Of a DNA stretch of 64,000 nt, positions 46,679-57,196 are shown piece by piece. Where the stretch lies: the sequence record NC_061446.1. One strand, written 5' to 3'. The notes beneath the pieces were generated by a model. That model was not told the origin of the DNA and ran no database searches. It was given only the letters and a program-made list of their open reading frames with translations. Numbering within the stretch: position 1 is the stretch's first letter; each line of letters begins with the position of its first letter. The translations under genes and the position numbers were made by a program.

Positions 46679-47740
46679 TTAGTATACCTCAGTTACGACA
46701 GGTTTATAAGTTACAGTAAACGAGCTAACAGCCTGTTCCTGAGCAGGATAGACAGTGGCGTCGTTCAACACGAGGTCAAAGTTTGCGGCTTGTTTCAGAT
46801 CGTCTGTGATCGACAGGCCATAGTGCGCAAAGTATCGACCAAATGAAACGGAACTTAATCCGTTAGACAGACCTGTGCTGATTGCCCAGCCTGAGCCGTA
46901 CATAGTAGGCATCATCACCACGTGTTGAATCTTACCGAGAGTGCGCGGCGCAGAACCAGAAGCATAGTCACCATAAAACTGCAACGCAAACGAACCAACG
47001 CCAGTAGAGAATGGGTTAGCAGCAGCCTTAGAGACGATACGCCAGCGACGTCCCTGAACACTGGTCGGAAGCTGGAAGTATTTCTCAGCATTAGCAGAGG
47101 TTACTGTCAGATTAGCTGTAATACTGGTTGCGTCCACCCATGAACTGCCTTGTTGTACCTGAAGGAAGAGCATGTTCGCAGCAGCACCGCTAAACATATT
47201 GTTTGCAGGCAGCAGGCAGATTGCGCCGAGAGAGTTGATGATAACCTCAGCACCGAAATCATATTCAGCCAGGGTCCACGTACCGTCAGCATTTGCTGTC
47301 TTAACCGAAGGTACGGTTGCGTTACCGGGTGCGACGCACGGTGGGAGATACGCGGCTGTCGTTGATGCCGTACGGTGAGCCAGAATAGTGCAGAACAACA
47401 TATCCAGCTGTAGACCGTTTACTCCCAGATTGCCTACTAGATCTTGATAGACCGTGCTGTATGAGGCGAACGTCACTTTAGGCAGTACGCGCTTGCCACG
47501 GTAGCCCTGTACTGTGGTCCACGCAGGAGCAGGAGACACTTGATACGCCGAAACAGTTGTTGGGAGTGCTTGATGCTGAGAGTTACCCATTTGGGTTTGC
47601 AAAAATGCACGACCGCTCACCATGTTGTTCAGAACGGTTTGCAGATCATAGTTCAATGTAGCAGGAAGATTCCCTTCCATAAATGCACCGAACACTACAA
47701 GAGGAGTGTTCTGATAAATCGGTAGAATTTTCATATTCAT
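46679..47740 (-). CDS. virion fibre-family paralog (long, discoidin/F5-8-like insert)
   Basis: YDFGAEV...RRWRIV...LQFYG; clear paralog of 48322..49398. Confidence 0.65.
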   Translation of the reverse strand: MNMKILPIYQNTPLVVFGAFMEGNLPATLNYDLQTVLNNMVSGRAFLQTQMGNSQHQALPTTVSAYQVSPAPAWTTVQGYRGKRVLPKVTFASYSTVYQDLVGNLGVNGLQLDMLFCTILAHRTASTTAAYLPPCVAPGNATVPSVKTANADGTWTLAEYDFGAEVIINSLGAICLLPANNMFSGAAANMLFLQVQQGSSWVDATSITANLTVTSANAEKYFQLPTSVQGRRWRIVSKAAANPFSTGVGSFALQFYGDYASGSAPRTLGKIQHVVMMPTMYGSGWAISTGLSNGLSSVSFGRYFAHYGLSITDDLKQAANFDLVLNDATVYPAQEQAVSSFTVTYKPVVTEVY

Positions 47741-47771
47741 GCCCTTGGTTTAAAGACAGTTCAAATTAATG

Positions 47772-47795
47772 ACGTGGCAGCCGAAGCCACCACGT
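47772..47795 (-). terminator. UUCG hairpin
   Basis: Minus strand ACGTGGTGGC-TTCG-GCTGCCACGT. Confidence 0.55.
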
Positions 47796-47800
47796 AAGTA

Positions 47801-48325
47801 TTACAGTTGAATGGTAAGATCAAGGAAACGATAAGCCTGACCCGTCTTAATCGTACCACCAATGAACTGTAGTTCTGCATCAGACCCTTGAGCACCGACA
47901 GTGCCTATCCAGAAAGGACCAGCTATCGCCGAATTGTAGGTGAAGCCCGCCCACGATGCCACAGTGTTCGAAGTAATGCTGCGAGCAACATAGAACGTAG
48001 GCGTGCCGTCAGCCTCTCCGATCAATGTCGAAGATAAACCCCCAAGTGGCAGAGTCACTGTACGAGCAGCCGCATTGACTATGGGCGTCATTGTAGGGCA
48101 AGCCATATCTCCGAGGTAGTTTGTCTGGAGTAGACCGAGATTCGACACAACGCTTGCCCAGTTGAGCACACTACCGACACCACCATGGGGCATCAGATCC
48201 AATGCTTTGCTGATCTTAGGTGCAGTGCCTTTGAATAACGCTATGTGCAAAATCCCGTTGGAGATCTGAGCCGCAGGAAACGCAGCATTCATTTGAGCAA
48301 GCGAAAGACCTTTGTTGCTAATCAT
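47801..48325 (-). CDS. virion fibre-family paralog (short)
   Basis: IALFKGTAP, GTPTFY, GTVGAQGSDAEL. Confidence 0.65.
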   Translation of the reverse strand: MISNKGLSLAQMNAAFPAAQISNGILHIALFKGTAPKISKALDLMPHGGVGSVLNWASVVSNLGLLQTNYLGDMACPTMTPIVNAAARTVTLPLGGLSSTLIGEADGTPTFYVARSITSNTVASWAGFTYNSAIAGPFWIGTVGAQGSDAELQFIGGTIKTGQAYRFLDLTIQL

Positions 48326-49398
48326 ACTCCCCTCCCAACGAGTGCATCTTGCTTAACGCGAAACGTAGGCACAGGCGCTTCGCCAAACGTTGTACTGTAG
48401 GTCGTGTCCGGCATAACGATATCCGTACTGGCGCCTAACTTTAGATCGTCAGTGACAGTAAGGTGTGTCATACCAAAGTAACGTCCAGCAACAGTAGCAG
48501 CCGCAGCAGGCAGATTAAAGTTCCACGGCGTGCTGTTTGCATAGCTCGCATTGGCCATCAGGTTCAATACAGACATGTGTTTGTACTTGCCTAACGTGCG
48601 TGGCTTCGTTCCTGTATAGTTGCCATAGAACTGCAAGCTAAACGGATAGTGCCCAGTAGTAGACCAAGGCCATGTCACTGTCTTGTTGATCAGACGCCAC
48701 TTCTGAGCTTTAATAGAAGCAGGCAGGCTGTAGGCAACAGGAGAGTAGTTGCTGGTGGTTCGAACGTTTGCGTAAATATCTACAGCATCAGTCCACACAT
48801 TCCCGATAAGAGCTTGTAGCACAGTACCCTGCGTACCGAGAGGCATAAGTGAGGCAACACTTGCACCTATGTTCACACCAACAAGTCCTTTGAGTTCCAT
48901 CTCAGCGCCGAAGTCATACTCGGCCATCAGCCAGTTCCCTGCTTCGGTAAGGCTATATTGAGGACTCAGATAATTGCCTGTGTTTACTGAGAACTGAGTG
49001 CTGGTGGTTCCCATCTTGTGTGCGAGAATGGTAACAGCAACGCTCTCATTATAAGCATTAACGGTACCTGCAAATCGCGCATCAAGCGCAGGCAATCGTA
49101 CTTTAGGCACGATACGCATTAACGCATTGATAGCTGCGCCGTAGCCCAAAGAGCCACTGAACTCAACCCACGCAGGATAGAAGTTCGTGCCGAGAAACGT
49201 CGATGCAGTTACTGGATTGAACTGCCAACGAAACGGTGCAGTGCTTGCGGGCTGCTTTTGAAACAAACGAATGGCAATAGCATCGTTGAAGGTACTATGA
49301 ATACCACGCTCACCATTTGCAGGCACATCGGTGTCATACAACAGACCCAGCGAGAACACCGAAGCAATGTTCGCCGCCTGGTACGGGAAAAGTTCCAT
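48322..49398 (-). CDS. virion fibre-family paralog (long)
   Basis: YDFGAEM...QKWRLI...LQFYG...PRTLGK. Confidence 0.65.
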   Translation of the reverse strand: MELFPYQAANIASVFSLGLLYDTDVPANGERGIHSTFNDAIAIRLFQKQPASTAPFRWQFNPVTASTFLGTNFYPAWVEFSGSLGYGAAINALMRIVPKVRLPALDARFAGTVNAYNESVAVTILAHKMGTTSTQFSVNTGNYLSPQYSLTEAGNWLMAEYDFGAEMELKGLVGVNIGASVASLMPLGTQGTVLQALIGNVWTDAVDIYANVRTTSNYSPVAYSLPASIKAQKWRLINKTVTWPWSTTGHYPFSLQFYGNYTGTKPRTLGKYKHMSVLNLMANASYANSTPWNFNLPAAAATVAGRYFGMTHLTVTDDLKLGASTDIVMPDTTYSTTFGEAPVPTFRVKQDALVGRGV

Positions 49399-49407
49399 AG
49401 CGCGTCC

Positions 49408-49989
49408 TTAGCTGAATGTGATGTTGTTAAGAATGATAGTACCATTCAGATTGAACGTACCATCGTTATTGTTCGTGAGAGACGCACCCATAGCAATCAA
49501 GTCCTGAGCGGTAAACTCAACAACCGTAGCAACGCTAACAGTCGCAGGAGCAAGTGTGGAGGTGGTCTGACTAATGAACAGATACATGCGATTGAAAGGC
49601 TTCGCATAGGAGAAACGCCCAAGCAGGCTATTCAGGTCAAACATGCGCTTGCCATTGCCTGCGTTGACTACCCGCAAGGTGCCAGTCGAGGCATAAGCAG
49701 TGTCCATCACGCAGCCGGGAACGTTAGCTGCCAGATAAGTACGCAGAGAGTTCAGACTAAACAGAGCTTGCGCTTGGTTGGTCCACGTAGTATCGGGCAC
49801 AGCATCTCCGGAGGAGAACACAATCGCAGCAGCAGGCTCAGCAGAGACATGAGTACCACCAGCCTGCATAGCGTTTGCCGCGTTGTATGCAGTGACTGAA
49901 CTAGGCAGCCACGGCGCGTCAACAACAGCAGCCGCAGATGAACCCAAAACATCGCCACGCATATTGAGCATCGCTTTAGAAATATACAT
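49408..49989 (-). CDS. virion protein (short, divergent)
   Basis: Position in array; A/T/S/G/N-rich beta composition. Confidence 0.55.
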   Translation of the reverse strand: MYISKAMLNMRGDVLGSSAAAVVDAPWLPSSVTAYNAANAMQAGGTHVSAEPAAAIVFSSGDAVPDTTWTNQAQALFSLNSLRTYLAANVPGCVMDTAYASTGTLRVVNAGNGKRMFDLNSLLGRFSYAKPFNRMYLFISQTTSTLAPATVSVATVVEFTAQDLIAMGASLTNNNDGTFNLNGTIILNNITFS

Positions 49990-50891
49990 CAGCTACTCCT
50001 TTGAGTGAAGCGAAGTTTAGGGCAGTACATCATGTTCTTCTGATTAGGATAAACCTGATCAGTCAACTTGAATGGCCCCTGAGTACCAACAGCACCAGCG
50101 GTAAACATGATGTTATCAGAATAATCAGTATCACCATGCGTAAACGTATTGCAATGCGCAAGAGCCGCCCACGAAGGAGAGGTCACGGCACTGGTCGGTG
50201 GTGTATCTACAGAACTAAGCAGAACACGCATAGCAGTAACTGAGGTCGCAGTAGAACTTTTATAGCGGTAGCGCTTAGACGCAACAGGAGCAGATAAAGC
50301 CAAACACGTAGAGTCACCAGCAATAGCAGCCGCGTTGCCTAACGATACTTCCTGCCCTTGATCATCAACAGCAACCAGAGAGAAGATAGAGTTGGGAGTT
50401 GTGTTGTACTTAACGTGAGTCACAGTCACCGGAGTGTCGAACTCAAAGTCAATATCAACTCCACCCATACGTGCAGCAGGAACGTTGCCGCTGCCTGATC
50501 CCATAATCAATGTGATGTCGCGATCAGTAATGCCTGAACGAGTGATACGGTGAGGCATAAGCTGAGATACCACAGTAGCAGCAGTACCAACGGTCCCATA
50601 GTACGATACCCCTTTGGGGATGTACTGAGATTGGAGAGCAAGTGCAATCACGTTGCCGTTCTCAATTCCAGTAATAGGGTTTCGCACAAAGCCGATTGCC
50701 TGATTGTACATATCGGCAAGTGACTTATTGTTGAAGGCTGCATCAAAGCCTTCTTTTGACGTAGGCAGCTTACCACTAAACGCAAACAGATTCCAGCCCG
50801 CCCCGGCATTAGGGTCACTGAGCATGGTTGCGTTATTCGCGTTTGTGCCAACAACTGACTGCGCCATGATGCGTGTGTTAATGATCTTCAT
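49989..50891 (-). CDS. virion fibre-family paralog (long)
   Basis: LFAFSGKLP, FEFDTPVTV insert, GAVGTQG. Confidence 0.6.
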   Translation of the reverse strand: MKIINTRIMAQSVVGTNANNATMLSDPNAGAGWNLFAFSGKLPTSKEGFDAAFNNKSLADMYNQAIGFVRNPITGIENGNVIALALQSQYIPKGVSYYGTVGTAATVVSQLMPHRITRSGITDRDITLIMGSGSGNVPAARMGGVDIDFEFDTPVTVTHVKYNTTPNSIFSLVAVDDQGQEVSLGNAAAIAGDSTCLALSAPVASKRYRYKSSTATSVTAMRVLLSSVDTPPTSAVTSPSWAALAHCNTFTHGDTDYSDNIMFTAGAVGTQGPFKLTDQVYPNQKNMMYCPKLRFTQRSS

Positions 50892-51346
50892 TAGCTCACC
50901 ACCGGTGCAACAGATTTGTTATTCGCTTTCGTGTCAGACAGGTCGAGCGTAGGAACAGACACGCGGAACACAATGTTGTCATACAGAGGTTCAATCGTCT
51001 GATCTGTTACGAATGCACCACTAACAAGAGGAGCATCCACACGAGGCGCTGCTGGGTTTGACACGAAAGTACGTGGCGTAAACTTAGACTGTACCTGAGT
51101 AACAGCAGGACCGTTGAGAACAATCTGGTCTGCGTCAGATACGCGCTGGTTAAGAATCTGCGTCCACGTATAGATAGGCAGGTAGGCAGACAGAGAAGAC
51201 GTAACACGTTCCTGAGAGAACGCAGAAACTTTCTCGTTGGTTGTCGGCTTCGCTGGCTGAGATGCAGTGCTGATCTCAAGCTGAGACATAACGAACACGT
51301 AGTCAGCAAAGAGATCTGGATCATACGCAATAACTGGTACGAACAT
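50891..51346 (-). CDS. virion protein (short)
   Basis: TAATG coupling at both ends; start ATG 51346. Confidence 0.55.
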   Translation of the reverse strand: MFVPVIAYDPDLFADYVFVMSQLEISTASQPAKPTTNEKVSAFSQERVTSSLSAYLPIYTWTQILNQRVSDADQIVLNGPAVTQVQSKFTPRTFVSNPAAPRVDAPLVSGAFVTDQTIEPLYDNIVFRVSVPTLDLSDTKANNKSVAPVVS

Positions 51347-52431
51347 TAGTAGACTCCTTGACGAATGCTGTAGTGATCGATGATGGCTGTGCATGAGGCA
51401 GACGCACCAGAACCGTAGCCACCAGTAACAGTGAACGCAGCGCTGTTGGACATTTTCATCACGTACACAAAGGTATCAACCTGAGTGCCGTCAATGTAGA
51501 TCGTATGTGTACCTGTAATTGCGTCATACACGTACTTGAAGCGAACAGGCACGGTAGTTTTTAGCGCAGCATACGGAGCCATATCGCGCACGACTTTCGT
51601 TGTACCGCTATCGCCAACGTTATTACGCACAACAAAGGCTTTCTCTGTAGTGCGGTCAAACGCTAAGATGCTGCGGTTGGTCAGAGTCGAATAGTAACGC
51701 AAAGGCTGCCATTCAGCAAAGTCCGTATCTGACGTTTGAGCGTAGTCACACTCAATGGTGAATGACTTGCTTACATCAACGATGTTGCTGTTATTGTATT
51801 GCAACACACCGGTGGTGCCCATGTTGATGCCATTCGCCACAGGCTTAACGTCACCAGACATGCCATATTGGTTGCCTATGTAGTCAAAGAACGAACCAGT
51901 ATTGAACGCATTGGCATCGAATGCAGTAACTTCATTGCCAGGCAGCCAAGTAGCGAGTGAGTTCTCAACCCACATGTTGGCCAGCGGGATGTTGAACGAC
52001 AGAATAGAAATCTGCGTCTTATATCCGTTCGGGTCGTACTTAACGTTCAGATCAGGGTAAAGCAGAGTTACGTCCGTTCCTACAGTCAAGCACACAGGCA
52101 GAATGCCGCCGAGAATCAGATGTGTCGGTACACCCTCAGCCGTAGCAGTAAGAGCGCAGTCAGACACTGTAATCTTCTTACGGTCGATTGTGCGGACGCA
52201 GTTTGTGCCTTTAGCGATCACAGTGCAGATGCCAGTCGAAGCAGCAAGCGCCGCGTCAAACATGTAACCTGCACCAGTCTGAGGCTGGAAGTTTAGGCAC
52301 TTGTTTAAGTCGGCTTCGGTATAGCCTGCATTCAGCTTAACCAGATAGCAGGACTTATCGTCCGCAGTTGATTGAGCAAACAGACGCGCTAACTGAGGCA
52401 CAGCAGAAGTACCAAAGAGCTTGTAATCCAT
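51346..52431 (-). CDS. virion protein with lectin/ConA-like C-terminal domain
   Basis: Start ATG 52431; PVRFKYVYD...HTIYIDG beta-sandwich pattern. Confidence 0.55.
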   Translation of the reverse strand: MDYKLFGTSAVPQLARLFAQSTADDKSCYLVKLNAGYTEADLNKCLNFQPQTGAGYMFDAALAASTGICTVIAKGTNCVRTIDRKKITVSDCALTATAEGVPTHLILGGILPVCLTVGTDVTLLYPDLNVKYDPNGYKTQISILSFNIPLANMWVENSLATWLPGNEVTAFDANAFNTGSFFDYIGNQYGMSGDVKPVANGINMGTTGVLQYNNSNIVDVSKSFTIECDYAQTSDTDFAEWQPLRYYSTLTNRSILAFDRTTEKAFVVRNNVGDSGTTKVVRDMAPYAALKTTVPVRFKYVYDAITGTHTIYIDGTQVDTFVYVMKMSNSAAFTVTGGYGSGASASCTAIIDHYSIRQGVY

Positions 52432-52432
52432 G

Positions 52433-53389
52433 TTATACCTCGGTAGACAGACGGAGCTGGGCAACCGTAGCGAACTCACCTGGGCCGAGAGATGTAGCCA
52501 TCAACTCGATAGGCTTGCCGCTGCCGATAGCGCCAACTTCACAGGCAAAGTAAGTAGGAATGTAGTTGCCGTTAGCCAGAGCACCGTAGTTGGTGTCCTG
52601 AATAAGAACCATAGCCCACTTAATTGATTTGTACGCAGCGTTACGGCCAACATCAGAAGCAGTAACAGGCAACACACGGCGAGTACCAGAGGTCTGAATG
52701 AAACGGTAGCGCTTAGACTGCGGAATAGCAGTAGCAATCACGTTACCTTCTTGGTTCGCAGCAATTGACCACGAAACAGCAGTACCTAAGATACCCAGCT
52801 CGTCGATGGGTGCAATAGTACCTGCACACGCAGAGCTAACGTCACCAACGTCAGACAACACGCCGTCAATAGTAACAGCGAAGTCATACGTCAGGTCAGT
52901 AGATGACAGATGGATTCCTGGCATAAGTGCATCATGCGGAACACCTGCGTAATCCCACGGGCGATAGCCAGCAGGACCGATACCCCACAGTGCTTTGTTG
53001 CCTGCGTCGTTACTCGTAAGGTATGCAGTGTTAATCTGCACAGCGGCAGCACCGTTATACCCGACAGGACGTGCCTTGGAGGGGTAGTGAATGGTTGCAC
53101 CGTTCTTGATCTCGTATACATGACCAGAACGCGCTTTCCATCCTTCCTGTTGATCTAAGAGAGGCAACAGACCTTCAGTTGTAGGACGAAGCACGAGACG
53201 AGTAGCAGCAACTGCGTTATCGAACAGGTTGCGCATATCATACAGGTGCTGAGAGAAGTTACCCTGAGCAGCCAAGTCAGTATCGAAGAAGAACACGTTA
53301 ACGGTCTGCCCGTTAGACAAGTTCGACGCCCAACCTGAACCCAAGTTGAGCACACTGAACGGCAGTAAGTTGTGTCCTAAGATGCGCAT
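52433..53389 (-). CDS. virion fibre-family paralog (long)
   Basis: YDFAVTI insert, KWAMVL, EVGAIGSG. Confidence 0.6.
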   Translation of the reverse strand: MRILGHNLLPFSVLNLGSGWASNLSNGQTVNVFFFDTDLAAQGNFSQHLYDMRNLFDNAVAATRLVLRPTTEGLLPLLDQQEGWKARSGHVYEIKNGATIHYPSKARPVGYNGAAAVQINTAYLTSNDAGNKALWGIGPAGYRPWDYAGVPHDALMPGIHLSSTDLTYDFAVTIDGVLSDVGDVSSACAGTIAPIDELGILGTAVSWSIAANQEGNVIATAIPQSKRYRFIQTSGTRRVLPVTASDVGRNAAYKSIKWAMVLIQDTNYGALANGNYIPTYFACEVGAIGSGKPIELMATSLGPGEFATVAQLRLSTEV

Positions 53390-53886
53390 TAGAACTCCTT
53401 AGAGTCTTTAATAACGGTGGCGAGGAACTTACCGTTACGCAGGTTAGATGACGACAGAATCAAGTCAGCACCTGAACCAGCACCACCGATAGTCAGAATC
53501 AGGAAGCCACCATAAGGCGTGCTTGCAATATCTTTGTTGAAGACAATCACGTTGTACGTGCTCAACAGGTCGGTGATAGAGCCAGCAAATGTGCCTTGCA
53601 GTGTAGCGCTCAGACGGAACTTATATTTGTTATCAGAGCCATGAATCCAGCGCACAGGGTTAACGGTAACAGAAGTCAGATCAAGCACCGCAGTTGCACC
53701 GATAGCTGTCTGCACTGTAGTGCCATCGGCAACAACAATGTTTGCAGGGTCTGGTACTTTAGCGAGGCAGATTGTCTTCTGCATATTTGACAGGCCGTAC
53801 TTCAACGGCGGATCAGTAGCTGGACGTTTGCCCGCATCTGGAATCACAATACCGTTGGCGACCAAAGGGAACGAAACTATTTCCAT
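53389..53886 (-). CDS. virion fibre-family paralog (short)
   Basis: TIGGAGSGADLIL. Confidence 0.6.
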   Translation of the reverse strand: MEIVSFPLVANGIVIPDAGKRPATDPPLKYGLSNMQKTICLAKVPDPANIVVADGTTVQTAIGATAVLDLTSVTVNPVRWIHGSDNKYKFRLSATLQGTFAGSITDLLSTYNVIVFNKDIASTPYGGFLILTIGGAGSGADLILSSSNLRNGKFLATVIKDSKEF

Positions 53887-53954
53887 TTTGTATCTCCAGT
53901 TAACTCGCTATAAATTACTGACAAGTCGAATCGCGTAGGAAGTCAAAACTTGTC

Positions 53955-55007
53955 TTACATCAAAAACCGCCGCTTTATCACCACAGCGTCGTAGGCATTC
54001 ATTGTCGCGGTAGGCACTTCATTGGGATTTATGTCTGAGGCAACATTGAAATCAACACCCGCTTTCGATAAAACAACATACACAGGAGCAGCTCGTTCGA
54101 ATGCAATAGGCATCGCTCCCCACTTTAATGCGTAAGCAGGAGTATCGTCGTGTGTGCCCTGACCGAAGTATGCAGCGTCAGGCTGCGCGGCAGAACTACC
54201 TAGAGAACCCGCTGAATACGACGTCGTATAAGACCACCCGCCACCAGAGAAGTAATACGAGCCATAGGTTGATGAACTGAACGGCTGAAACAGTCTCGGG
54301 AAGATTGTGTTGGCGAATGTCTCATGGTTATACGGCGAACCTGCATACAGCGAACTCAGAGTAAGGCTGTTTACTGTGACAGTCGCAGTATCAGTGGCAA
54401 CGTTCAGCGAAGTGATGCCAATGTTTTGCAGATACGAACTCCCTGTTCTCGTCCAGCGACCAATACCACTACCACCACCGCCTGTAATCGTACCGCCTTC
54501 ACTTGAAGTCACACCAGCAGAAGTTGTAGGCACAGAGTACAGAGATTTAGTAAACACTGAGCCGTCAAACGCAGGCAGAACCATATCCGAGTAGGCAGGA
54601 ACACTTGGTCTTCCGCTGCCATATGAATCAAGTAGACTGCCTGTTCCTTCTTGTGCGGTGCCGATACTATCATCCAGCTTACCGATAGCGTAGTAACGAC
54701 AGAACATATCTATCGCGCTTACCACCCTATTACCACCCGTCTGAGAGAAGCCTGACTTACGCACAGAAGGCACGTAGTTATAGAAGAGGCGATTACTCTT
54801 CCAACCAGCGCCGCGAACGCATTGCATTTCATTCTGGGCATTAACAAGAGCGCAGAAAGAGCGAGACTTGTTGATCTTGTCCATCATCTCAGGATAGGAC
54901 GACTTACTTGTTGGAGGCTCAACATCATCCGAGAAAAGGAACATGCGACGACGAGCCGTCTCAATCTTCTTCTCTAAGATTTGCGCTCCGTTTGAAATAA
55001 AAAGCAT
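53955..55007 (-). CDS. virion protein, second paralog subgroup
   Basis: RRRMFLFSD...; S/G/T-rich; AAGGAG RBS. Confidence 0.55.
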   Translation of the reverse strand: MLFISNGAQILEKKIETARRRMFLFSDDVEPPTSKSSYPEMMDKINKSRSFCALVNAQNEMQCVRGAGWKSNRLFYNYVPSVRKSGFSQTGGNRVVSAIDMFCRYYAIGKLDDSIGTAQEGTGSLLDSYGSGRPSVPAYSDMVLPAFDGSVFTKSLYSVPTTSAGVTSSEGGTITGGGGSGIGRWTRTGSSYLQNIGITSLNVATDTATVTVNSLTLSSLYAGSPYNHETFANTIFPRLFQPFSSSTYGSYYFSGGGWSYTTSYSAGSLGSSAAQPDAAYFGQGTHDDTPAYALKWGAMPIAFERAAPVYVVLSKAGVDFNVASDINPNEVPTATMNAYDAVVIKRRFLM

Positions 55008-55036
55008 AACCACTCCTTAGCAAAACTTTATTCGGC

Positions 55037-56080
55037 TCACATGCGATAGAGAGTCTTGGAACCGAAAGGGTTTTCAGCTTCGATGCTCAATACTGCAACA
55101 TCACCAGTGTCCGCGGGTGCGGTCTGTATAATGTCTTGGCCGACCTTGGCACGAAGCATATACCCTTGACCATTGCACTTGAATATCATCATGCAAGAAG
55201 TCAGAGTTACGGCAGGCGTGTTTGTCTTGCCAGTAACCGCAGTGCGCATAGGAAATGCGTCTGCATTATCACGAGTGTAGCCACCAACACCATTTGAGGT
55301 AGTCGGGGCGTCCCACGCAGTAAACTGATTTAGTCCACTGTAGCTATAGCGTTTGCCCACAGGCCGAATGAACGTAATGTGAGGAGCATTAGCATCTCGA
55401 TAGATAGAAGGGATGATCTGCACAGGAGAGGAAGTGGTTTGGATGTATGAGTAGGACTGAGCGCCAGTCTCTGCTCTTGTTGATAGGTCAAGAGAGGCAT
55501 TCATAAACCCAGCATCATACCCACTATACGTTCCCCAAAAGCTGTCAACATTTCGAGCGTACTGATTGCCTGCCTTAGAACTGTAGGATTCAATCTGAGC
55601 GGACTGCCTCATGTTCTCAGGAAAGACGAGCATACACGACGAAGGCCAATAGTACCCTGTCTCGCAAGTGTCTCGACTCACACCGTTCCAACCGCTAAAT
55701 ACAGGGTTGCCGTTAGACCACTGCTGACCGTTGCCTTCTGCCGTGTCATACACACAGAAATAACGTTCAGCCACAGCTTTAGGAGTCTGCACTGCCGTGT
55801 AGCTATTGTGTGGTGCAGCGTTGCCTGAGATAAGATTAGCGCTACGTGCTGGGTAGAAGTAGTTGTCCTTAACGCCACTCATAGGACTCAAGGTAATCTG
55901 GTCGCCCCGTGTGTCTGAGCTATTACCCCAAGCACGAACCGACTTCACCTTTGAGATGTAGTGTTCTTCGTCCAAATGAGCGTCAGATATATCCGTCTGA
56001 TCGTCAAAGTAAAGCGCACGATGTACCGCCAGCTTGGCTATCGTGTTCGCCTTGTTGTTGTGGTACGTTGCGTATAGCAT
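55037..56080 (-). CDS. virion protein, second paralog subgroup
   Basis: HRALYFD ... KVGQDII. Confidence 0.55.
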   Translation of the reverse strand: MLYATYHNNKANTIAKLAVHRALYFDDQTDISDAHLDEEHYISKVKSVRAWGNSSDTRGDQITLSPMSGVKDNYFYPARSANLISGNAAPHNSYTAVQTPKAVAERYFCVYDTAEGNGQQWSNGNPVFSGWNGVSRDTCETGYYWPSSCMLVFPENMRQSAQIESYSSKAGNQYARNVDSFWGTYSGYDAGFMNASLDLSTRAETGAQSYSYIQTTSSPVQIIPSIYRDANAPHITFIRPVGKRYSYSGLNQFTAWDAPTTSNGVGGYTRDNADAFPMRTAVTGKTNTPAVTLTSCMMIFKCNGQGYMLRAKVGQDIIQTAPADTGDVAVLSIEAENPFGSKTLYRM

Positions 56081-56158
56081 AAACTGTCCTTAAGCCCTAA
56101 TGTGTGGCTTGCTAAAACACCGCATGATGCGGTCACGCCCATGAGGATTATTGTTCGC

Positions 56159-57088
56159 TTACACGCTTATCACTTCTTGAAACGGCAACTCTATCCGTGA
56201 CATACTAATCGTCGGAGTATTCCCAGCCTGCTGCGTCGAAGCCGTGTAGTCTTTCGATTGCTCCGGCTTGAACAGCTTGACTTCATTTCCCCACAACATT
56301 GGGATGATGCAGTACGATAGGTCAGCACCTGACTCAGGAACACCAATAGCCGCAGTAGGAACTGTAGGCAGAACGGTGCCAGATTTGTAGGGCAACTGAA
56401 ATCTACTGTTACCTGAGATAACCACATGACCACACCATAACAATAACACCGAGCCAGTATCAGCATTGATGTTGTTGTAGACAGGACGCGTTGTAGGGCT
56501 GGAGTCCGATTCATGCTGAGACACGGTTGGGCTTGTGAACACGTCCGTTGTTGTGCGCAACAAAGCTATGCCTTGTGTCATGATTCCGCCATACGAAGTG
56601 GACTGCCCTCGTGCAATATCTGAATACATTTGAGGCAGTACCCAGTTAGCGTTAGGTATAGGTGAATTACCGACACGACTAGGAATCAGACTCGCAATGG
56701 TTCCGTTTGTAATCCACGGCTTACCGCTAGTAGACATGGTAAACGGAGTAACACTGTCATTGCCTACAAGCCCTTCATTCTGGCCGTTGCATCTACCACT
56801 AGCATTGAATCCAGTTGGTATAGGCAGCATAGTCTGAGCGAATGCGGCCTCGGATTTGAAGTCAGGGATAGCGCCTAAGTTTGATATGCGTGTGAGTTTT
56901 AACTGACTGCTTGTACCTACCATTACAGGCGACAGCTTCACCTGATTGTTGTCAACGATGGTCTCCACGTGAGTTCGTGCGTTACGCATATAGTCCATGA
57001 CGCCTGCAACAGTCATCGTAGAAAATGGACGCTCGGAAAACATCGCGTAGAGTCTAATATCTTTCCTCTTTGGTATGACGAGTTGCAT
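56159..57088 (-). CDS. virion protein, second paralog subgroup
   Basis: RLYAMFSERP ... DLSYCII; AAGGA RBS. Confidence 0.55.
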   Translation of the reverse strand: MQLVIPKRKDIRLYAMFSERPFSTMTVAGVMDYMRNARTHVETIVDNNQVKLSPVMVGTSSQLKLTRISNLGAIPDFKSEAAFAQTMLPIPTGFNASGRCNGQNEGLVGNDSVTPFTMSTSGKPWITNGTIASLIPSRVGNSPIPNANWVLPQMYSDIARGQSTSYGGIMTQGIALLRTTTDVFTSPTVSQHESDSSPTTRPVYNNINADTGSVLLLWCGHVVISGNSRFQLPYKSGTVLPTVPTAAIGVPESGADLSYCIIPMLWGNEVKLFKPEQSKDYTASTQQAGNTPTISMSRIELPFQEVISV

Positions 57089-57196
57089 AAAATATCCTTG
57101 GTAAAGAACTTGTCTTTGCGGACATATGCAAAAACAGAGCGAAAACTCTGATAAAAGGTAAAAGGGCCCGTACCATTACGATACAGGCCATTTCAG

